Source: the human T2T-CHM13v2.0 reference genome, Homo sapiens
DNA: 64,000 nucleotides
NCBI RefSeq assembly: GCF_009914755.1
Contig: NC_060930.1
Strand: one strand, 5' to 3'
Position 1 is the stretch's first letter. Each line of letters begins with the position of its first letter. The notes under the pieces are model-generated. The model was given only the letters and a program-made list of their open reading frames with translations. It was not told the origin of the DNA and did no database searches. Positions 54,318 through 64,000 of the stretch are shown in pieces. Both the position numbers and the translations under genes were made by a program.

Positions 54318-55575
54318 TAATTTTCAAAACCTGTTTTATAGATGAGGAATTTGAGGGAGAGACTATATAGGGGAAAAATAATTTTTCCAAATACATATTT
54401 ACATTTAAGGGACAGGATAACATGGAGTTATAGAGGAATACAGGATAGAGGTCATTAAAGCAGAAAGTACTGCCTTTAGAGCTATGCAAATAGTTCTTTC
54501 TTTAGTAGTAGAACTTGGATGAGATTCTAGGCTGATGGACTTCAGGTCAGACTGTGTGGATCAGAATCACAGCCATATTGGGCCACCATCAAAATCAGAG
54601 TCATATTGAGTGGGAAATAAGTTCAGCACATTATTGAAGCGTCAGTTTTGTGGAAGCAGCTGAGATCAGTACTGGGAAGTTCTTGAAAACAGTGAGTGTG
54701 ATGCCAGAAGATTTAATTGAGACCAGTCCTGGGTAAGCAGCTATGGTGATGGGAATGGCTCTGAGGACACCAAATGCTAAGACAGGTGAACTCATTTTTT
54801 TTAGTCATTCTTATACAAAGGATAAGATTTTGGACATATCTTCTTTATAAGCACATATATTGACATATGTGTGTTTCATTATATATGTGCATATGTATAA
54901 CTTAAACATATATATGTACATAAATTACTAGAATTTATATTGTTTTAAAGGAAGAATTACCACACAGCATATGACTGCACAATTTAGTATACAACTAATA
55001 ATTAATTAATGACTACACAATTAGCTCCTTTTTTTTGAATGACATAAGAAATTCAATCACAAATAGAAGCTATTCTTTTGAATTGCTATTAGAATTCACT
55101 GATGCTGTGAACAGATTCCATGTGATCAGTACATTTTTCCATATAGATAGACTGTATGGAAAGCAAATCATATCAGTGATATGTGGGAAGCAAAATTATA
55201 ATCAAAAGATTATGTGATGAGTTGGGTGAATCAATGAGGCTGGTCATGGCAGTGATAACAGTCATATTGCAATGAGACCATTGGAGTATTTCTGTTCCCT
55301 CCACAGTGTTTCTGTTTTCTTCTGTTATAGACACACCGAGAATACATTTTCCCTGGACTTGTAAGTTGCAAGATGTTATTTTAAAGAGGCAGCCAATTCA
55401 GGACTTGACAGATTTCTCTAAATCTTGTGCAGTAGCATCCTCAAGAGCATTTTGAGAAGGACCATTTTAGCATGTGGTCCATACATTGGTCCTGTTATCT
55501 ACCCCCTGTTTCATCTGTAACACTCTCACATTCATCATGTTAGAACAGGGATCATCTAGGTATCTGCCTATTTAC

Positions 55576-55876
55576 TTTTTTTTGTTTGTTTTTGAGATGG
55601 AGTCTCGCTCTTGTCACCCAGGCTGTAGTGCAGTGGCACGATCTTGGCTCATTGCAACCTCCACCTCCCGGGTTCAAGTGATTCCCCTACCTCAGTCTCC
55701 TGAGTAGCTGGGATTACAGGCACATGCCACAATGCCTGGCTAATTTTTGTATTTTTAGTAGAAACGGAATTTTGCCATGTTGGCCAGGCTGGCCTCAAAC
55801 TCCTGACCTCAAGTGATCCACCCGCCTCAGCCTCCAAAAGTGCTGGGATTACAGTCGTAAGCCACCCCGCCTGGCC
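55576..55876 (-). mobile_element. AluSz-like
   Basis: Full dimer with gacctcaagtgatcc. Confidence 0.93.
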
Positions 55877-56305
55877 CTGTTCGCTTTTGAGAAGCAAATT
55901 TGCTTGTCAAAAATGTCCCCTTTTAGTTAGTTAGCACTAAGGATAAATCAGATGTGATAAGGAAAGTCAATGCCACAGTGGAAGCACTTCTACTTGAAGC
56001 ACTGAAAGCACATCTACTCTCTAAAAGTACAAGATGTTGAGGAGATGGTGTCTGGCCCCAAGAATTTCACCAAACATCAGCAGAGCATTTACTCACCCAC
56101 AGGCTGAGGCAGGAGAGAAATACAGATGGAAGAAAAGATGCACCCATCTCCCTCCTGCCAATTTTTTGTTAAAAAAAATGCTGGGAATTATTTAAAAAGT
56201 ATATTATCTCCAGAAACAGTAATTATAAGGCTGGGGATGTGGATTTGATTGAAAACCAACTGCACCAATGTGTTCCTAGCGTTTAAAATAATAGTGTATG
56301 TATTA

Positions 56306-56594
56306 TTATTATCTGAGACAGGATGTCACTCTGTCAGCCAGGCTGGAGTGCAATGGCTCTGTCATGGCTCACTGCAGTCTCAACCTCCTGGGCTCAAGTG
56401 ATCCTCACACCTCAGCCTCCTGAGTAGCTGGGACTAAAGGCACATGCCACCATACCCAGCTAATTTTTGTATTACTTGTAGAGATGTGATTTCACCATGT
56501 TGCCCAGGCTGTCCTGAAACTCCTGGGCCCGAGTATTCTGTCCCCCTTGGCCTCCAAAGGGCTAGGATTACAAGTGTGAGCCACCATGCGTGGC
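56306..56594 (-). mobile_element. AluJ
   Basis: ctcactgcagtctcaacctcctgggctcaagtgatcctc. 16-bp TSD aatagtgtat(g/a)tatta at 56290-56305 and 56595-56610. Confidence 0.92.
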
Positions 56595-57949
56595 AATAGT
56601 GTATATATTAATCTCTACTGAATTTATTGAAGCTTTTTATATATGAAAAATTATTTCCCTCTCTTCTGACCACCTCTCACATACTTTTCTCCCTCTCTGT
56701 TTTGCACTTCTCATGTCATGTCTCCTTGCCTCTAATTCACTCCCACTCAGTGTTTGCCCCTTTGAGAAAGCCTACCAGAAATATCAACTCCATTTTCAGA
56801 ATGCCCGCAGTATGCCAGTTGTGTGCCCAGGTATCTTCCCAACATCTCTCCTCCATGCCCCAGCATTGCCACTCAGGTGTTCTTCACAGGTATCCTGTAG
56901 GAACAGCAGAGGATTAGAGACACTAGGTGGGTCCACATCGATGGGCTCCCAAATCTGTGTTCTTCCTATACCATGTCACCTCCTGTGCTATTAAATGATG
57001 TATTAGGGGCAGATAATGGCTTCCAATGAGTGCTTAGTTCACAATTACCACAGAGCCTTTAAGATTTCTGTCTACTTGTAATAAATACTTCTAATAAATC
57101 CTGACCAAAAGAGGCTAAGTAAATGTAAATTGAAGCCAGAAACAAATAAGAGGAAGTCTATTTCATTTTAGTAGCATATTTTAGAGGTCAGAAGCAAAGC
57201 TTTCTAAATATCTGCTCACAGTCTAATATTATATTGTCTGTGTGTCCAAAATTAATTCAGTCTATAAAGGTCAATAATGTAAAATGTATTCATGTGTTCA
57301 GGTAAAAATTTATGATGTGCTATAATGTGATGATGTTTGACTAGTTTACAGCCCTGGTGATACACCATTGGAAGACATTTGGAAGTGATAAAATAAGGGC
57401 AGATTTTTGTCGTTTCTTTATAGAAACAGTAACCTGAAAGTCATACTAAATTTTATTGAGAGTCCATCCCTAGGTAACATTAAAATAAGTGTTCGTCTCT
57501 CTAATTCTGTCATTTTCGGGAGAAAATCTAGAAAATATGCCAATTAATCATGTAGTTAGATAATTCATTTTATTATCTTCATCCGTGTAGAAAACACCAG
57601 AGTGTGAAATGTAACCTGCAAGTTTTATTTTTTATTTTTTCCTAGATTGTCCTCTAAACTGGACTTTAAGCATAGTTATATTTTACATTCTTGGTTAAAT
57701 TTCCCCTCTGGTTTAATTTTCCTTTAATTTATTTTGATACCTGTTGTATCAAAATGTTATTTGTACTGTAATATTGCCAGTTAGCTGGAGATGAGGAAAA
57801 TTAAATAAGGTTAATAGATTAAACATACATGCATATGATAATTTGATGTCAATTAATTTGTATATCTGGGAACAAACAGGATGAAAAATATATTTTCGTT
57901 ATCATTATTATTACTACCACTGACATTCTTCTAAAGGCTATAATATAAT

Positions 57950-58100
57950 CAAGAAGTTTTCAATCTAGATTCCAGCTTTGTCACTTACTACAGTTCAAAT
58001 TGACCATTTTCTCAAATCCTCTGTTTCTTCATGTATAAAATGGGAGAATTGTTTATTAATTTGTTATAGTGGGGAATGAATGCCAGAAAATATATGAAGC
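57950..58100 (+). mobile_element. MIR SINE
   Basis: gattccagctttgtcacttactac...ctgtttcttcatgtataaaatggga. Confidence 0.65.
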
Positions 58101-58179
58101 ATTTATGGGGTTGCCTCATGCTCCCTCATGTCACTGAAGTTCACTATCTCAGAGGTGTCATTAAAATGTCCTTCTCCAG

Positions 58180-58875
58180 TGACCCTGCAGCCAATCCTTT
58201 GCAAACTCAGTTTTTTAGTTTTTGACTCTATCTTAGTTTTATTGCTCTTGCCCATGTTATCATTTTCATTCCAGATCTTTATCACAGCTTACATGGACTA
58301 TAGTAGCTGCATCCTGATGAGCCACTCTGTCTCCTCACTTCATCATCCAAAAAGGTTAAACGCAGTAACACCCTTACCTGGTTCATATTCTTTCTTATAC
58401 CCCTTTTGCTGATTGAACTCAAATGTAGCATCTTAGCATCCCCAGCCAACTACAGTATGGTCTCTCAGTTCATTCCCTACTGCTCCATAGTTTATACCCT
58501 GTGATCTAATAAACTGAACTTTTTATTCCTATGCATTTTTCCTTATGCCTTACTTTTGCTCATACTGTTCTTTCTGCCCACAATATCCATTGTTACTATC
58601 CATTTCTCATAACCTGTCTCCATGTTGGCACCCACAAACGCACACAGCATTGTTTTACACTGGACTCTCAGAGCCCTTGACTTTCCTTCTCTTATGGCAT
58701 ATATCTTATCTTTTTCTACGTATATGACTGTCAGTCATGTATCTGTCATTTTCCTCCTACTGTACGGTGAAGTCTTTGTTGGGTAAAGATTTAGTCTTAT
58801 TTACCACTGAGTCTCTGGGAGCATCCAGTGCAGTATACATAGCAGGTAGCCAATGAGTAATTGTCTTATTGAATA
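58180..58875 (+). mobile_element. L2 (degenerate) with 3' end
   Basis: catggactatagtagctgcatcctga...gtcttatttaccactgagtctc...catagcaggtagccaatgagtaattg. Confidence 0.55.
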
Positions 58876-60254
58876 GCTGCATCTCAAAGAGCTTTATTTT
58901 CCTGTTATTAGACCTGTAGGATTCTCTAGGTGTAAAGATCACAATATTCAGAGCATAAGCTTTAAAAACAGCTATTCTCTCTTGCCAACTGGCCTCTGGA
59001 GGAAGCATCAGAGCCACAGATAAGGACAGAGCCCTGTGGAGGCAGAGGGGGAAACATTTATGTTGAAAGAGCTTTTAGGATAGAAGTAGATATTAAAATT
59101 AAATGATATAGATTTTAGTTTTATAACTGGATTGTAATAATTTGGTAAATGTAGAGTCTGTCAGAAGTAATCCACATTTGTTCTAATTAGGTTTATAGAT
59201 AACTGTAACAATTAATAACTTAATCTGGACTTCAGTTTTACTTACCTATTCCCCTCACTCTTCATTGTTACTTCCAAATGAAGTTTTATGTTTTACCACC
59301 TTATCTTTTATACACAATATCTATGAACTTTTCTTTATGCCAGCAAATTAGATAATTAACGTGTAGAGGGATGAAATAGTCTTCTCAGCCCTTCTTGGAG
59401 TTTCCATCGGATCATTACTTAAGTTGTGATCAGATGATCTCACTTCTGAGAAAACTGTTTGTGGCTTTAGTGATAATTGGCAGGAAAGATGATTACTATT
59501 CAGGCCCTCTTGGCCTGTGGGCACCATTGGGAGTAGAGTTGGTACACCTTGGTGCCTTCCATACTAAAGTTCCTCCTGGACTTACAACACCAGCACCTAG
59601 GCCCATATGCTGCTCTTAGGACAACAATGCAGTTTGCTGAGGGTAAAAATTCTTCTCTCATCTTATAAATTTGGGTCTCCTCTTCCTCTCCTGTCCACTT
59701 TGACCCTTTCCATCTCAGCAAGGCTAGTTTACCAAAGCTCATTTTTTTTTCTGCCATAACAATAATGCTATGTTATAAATCCAGTTATATGGCTGTCATG
59801 GAAGGTATACTTAATGAAGAAAAAAGGAGTTCAGATTTAACACTTGGTATGCATCTTTCCTTCTTTCAGCTATAAAGATCAAAATAATCAAAGAACATGA
59901 TAATCTTTTAAAGACAGATACTACTACTTCCTCTAGCCTCAGGTTGTGTTTTCTTTTTTGTTGATTGCTTGCTTGCTTGTTTTGTTTTTCTTTATTTCCT
60001 GTTGTTGAAAGCATGAGAAAGCTATAAAAAAACATTTTGGGATCTGCCAGCTAGTGTCTCCCAGATTTCTATAGCCTGTTTTAAACATTGTAAGAAGTAG
60101 TTAGACTGAAATTGATTCTAGTGTTGTGAGCTTATATTGTAAATAAATAGGCAGGATGACGTGGATAACTTACAGAGTAAAATTCAATGATCTCGACTCC
60201 TCTGTTTCAATGTCAAATAAATCATCTTTCCATCTTTGGACTGTAAATGTAAGA

Positions 60255-60612
60255 TTTATTCATTGAGTAGATGTTTATTGACTTTATTCCTCCTACCAAG
60301 TACTGTTGTCTGAGCTGAAGATACAGAAGTGAACAAAACTGAGTCCCTATTCTTATGAAGCTAACATCCTTGTGTAGCAGACAGACCATAAACAAATATA
60401 TAACATGGCAAGAGGATAGTTAGAGATGTGGATGTGGGAAGGTACATTTTCATTTAGAGCGGTCAAGGAAAGTATTTGTGGTAAGGTGACATTTGAGCAA
60501 ATCTGAATTAAATGAGCGAGGGAACCATGTAGATAACTGGAGGGAAGAACATTTTGGGCAGAGGGAACAATAAATGCAAAGCCCTGAGGTAGAAGTGAGC
60601 TTGGCTAAGTTA
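60255..60612 (-). mobile_element. L2a 3' end
   Basis: gatacagaagtgaacaaaac...aaggtgacatttgagca...ggcagagggaacaataaatgcaaagccctgagg. Confidence 0.8.
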
Positions 60613-62193
60613 AAATTTTAAAATATATTAAGAATAAAAATTCAATAAATTGAGTGTAATCACTATTCAAGTGTTCTATATTTGCCTCTAAAGCTAAAAA
60701 GTGTGCTAACTGAATCTCAGTTAACCTCCTAGAAATTAATTGGTTATTTAGAACAATTAGCAAAAACATTATATCAAGCTTTAATCATTAAAATTTTACA
60801 CAGAAATATCTTGGTTAATTATCTGTGCTTTTGTTGAGGTTTTATTGCATTTTTATAGTCATCTGTGCTCCAAGAATATGTTCACATTTTTTCTCTAATC
60901 CTTCTAATTAAGTTAAAACCACTGTCCTTAGAAAAGACCATTCTTTTAGTCTAGGACCCTTTTAGTAAAAAAAGAAGAAAGTATTCTTTAGAATCTCTTA
61001 AAATTGTCAATAGGTCTAACACAGCTTCTTTCAATGTGAGCAATACATTGCTACTGACAAATTAATATATAAAAAGCCTATTGTATTATTTATGAAACAA
61101 GTCTCTTGGATATTTTGGTAATTTTATCCTGGTGCTTGAATTTTTTTCAAAGAGATAAATATTATTAATAGTTTTTGGACAGTTGTTCAATATTAACAAA
61201 AAGCTATATCTGATACTATATTGGTGCAAAATATCTTTATTTTTAATTCATTCTAGAAGAGTCTTGATGTAAAGACAACTCTAAAATGGCATCTATTCCA
61301 GTAAGCAGTATTTTTACATTCTCTATTGAACTATATGGAAATCTTTACCTCTTTTTTCAATTATTTCTCATAATCCTCCTTTATTTTTTATGATTGATTC
61401 AAAACAAGAAATTAAATATCGTTATATTTCACTTATTTTTGTTATATGTTTTATTCTATGTGTAAACTAAAATATTTCCAAATCTTTAATGCAGTTATTT
61501 CACAGCCTGCTTTTAAAAATAACATATCAATATTCTTGGAAATAAACTTCAGAATTCCAGATGGTTTAATATGTACTAGTTAAGTAACCCCTCAGGGACC
61601 ATGTGGTTCCATGAGTCTATGTCAAGCCATTGCCATTACACCAAAATCAATGGTGGTTGGAACAATCAAAGAGAAGAATGGCTTTGTTGAATATTGTGAA
61701 AACAAAAAAATGCATGAATAATTTGTAATGAGAGAAAAAGACAGAGTGTGCAAATAATTGGAAACACATAAATATATAAGGCAAGATTTTCAAAAATTTG
61801 AATTGTACAATGTAACAAAATGTATTTTCTCATATGTTTTAATTAGGCAAATAACCTAGCTCTCTTTGTGAAATGATAGAAAATGCGTCACTTCCAAGGG
61901 TACCCATGAAGGATACCATAGGTAGTTTTGGAGTCTATCTCCCTAGTATAAACCATAATGTGATTTATTACTTAAGTAAAGCTGACTTTTCCCCATGGCA
62001 GTTGCAACCAGAGGTAAACGTCTCTCATGCATTTCACTCAGTGCCGTTGGTTATTTAGTTTTCTCTCCCCTGTACCTTTAACATCTCTTCTTGTATTTAC
62101 TCTTTTTCCCTCTCCTTTTGACAACTCCATCCTCATCTGACTATTACACTGCCTGTCTCCTATCCTTGACAGCCACATTTCTTAAAAGAGTAA

Positions 62194-62615
<422 letters not shown>

Positions 62616-63289
62616 CACAGTTTTACATTTGCTTCTCTTATTGTCAGCAGCATTTGACCATGGAATCCTCCTGTTAAAACCTGTCTAATCCCTTAGTTAT
62701 GATAGCCTTTCTTTCTCTTATTTGCTCTCCCTCTCTGGATTGCTCTTTTCCTCTTTCCTCAGAAACCCCATAAACTTGGTATTTTTAGGGTTCTGTTTAT
62801 ACAGTCTCCCTTCCCTCATTCTAAAATTCTCGTGTTCTCCCATAGTGACTTTATTTGTAACTGTGCCTTATTTAATTAATGCTGCTTACATAAATGACTT
62901 CTCATTCCTAAACAGACCTTCCTTCTGACCTCCACTATTATCTGTCTGTTCCCAAGCAAAGCCTGGGAGATGTTTCAATATTCTTTCTAACCATCCGTAT
63001 CTAATCAGCTACTAAGTCTTCAGTTTACCTCCTGAAGATCTCTTGACATTAGGTATCTCTCATCTTTTATCTCCACTGGTGCCATTAGTCATATCTACTT
63101 TCCACTGGAATAGAATAATTTCTGTAACATATGTAATGCCCTGTCTTAAAAATTTGTCAGTAGCCACTTATGCCATTAAGAACAAGTACATGTTCCTCAG
63201 CAGAGTATTATATCATTTTTGGCTATGTTTATATTCTTTTGTCACTTTACTTTTATTAGCCTTAAGAAAGTCTGTTATATTGGTTGATT

Positions 63290-63490
63290 CGTTAAAAGTT
63301 ATGAAATCAGATTACTGGAGCTCAAGTCTAAATTCTGTATGAATTGCACAAGTTATATAGTTCTCCTCTTTGTTTCCTACTAAAAATACCATGAGAATAA
63401 AAGTATTTACTTCACAATATTGTTGTATTAAATGAATGCTTGTTAATATTCTTGGCAAATAAATAGGGACTCAAAAATGTTGGCTATTGC
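63290..63490 (+). mobile_element. MIR SINE
   Basis: gaaatcagattactggagctc...tttgtttcctactaaaa...ttggcaaataaatagggactcaaaaatgttggctatt. Confidence 0.55.
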
Positions 63491-63706
63491 CAATTATATG
63501 TGGTTTCCATGCTGTTTTATACTATTTCAAAATGTGTGTCTTTGCATAAACCATTTCCCTCATGCAAGAATGTACTTTGACACCTTTGTTTCATCATTCA
63601 AGATTTACCTCAAACATTTCCTCTTCTCTGAATCTTTCTCAAAGCACACCTCATCCCAGCTCCTTCCCCTTTACTCAGATTGCTATTGAAATGAAAGCTT
63701 TTATGA

Positions 63707-64000
<294 letters not shown>

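Overview
This is primate genomic DNA (human or a close relative; AluY/S/J, L1PA and THE1 elements are present). It is AT-rich and gene-poor. The window opens at the 3' edge of a CpG-rich first exon whose coding part, 83-136 ([18 protein letters not shown], strong Kozak, canonical CTG|GTAAGT donor), I recognise as the N-terminus of NKAIN2 (Na+/K+-ATPase interacting 2, TCBA1/FAM77B). The remaining ~63.9 kb is intron 1 and exon 2 is not in the window. The intron holds 12 Alus (11 antisense), several L1 fragments, 7 solo LTRs (6 antisense), and MIR, L2 and DNA-transposon fossils plus microsatellites. No ORF-track entry looks like a real protein gene. I found no convincing new biological system. 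The best leads are a compound L1MA insertion with a twin-priming inversion and shared private variants, several candidate hidden splicing elements (microexon, cryptic exons, recursive splice site, Alu exons) and one sense THE1 LTR with a mutated poly(A) signal. Repeat subfamily names and consensus comparisons are from memory, and old-repeat boundaries are approximate.
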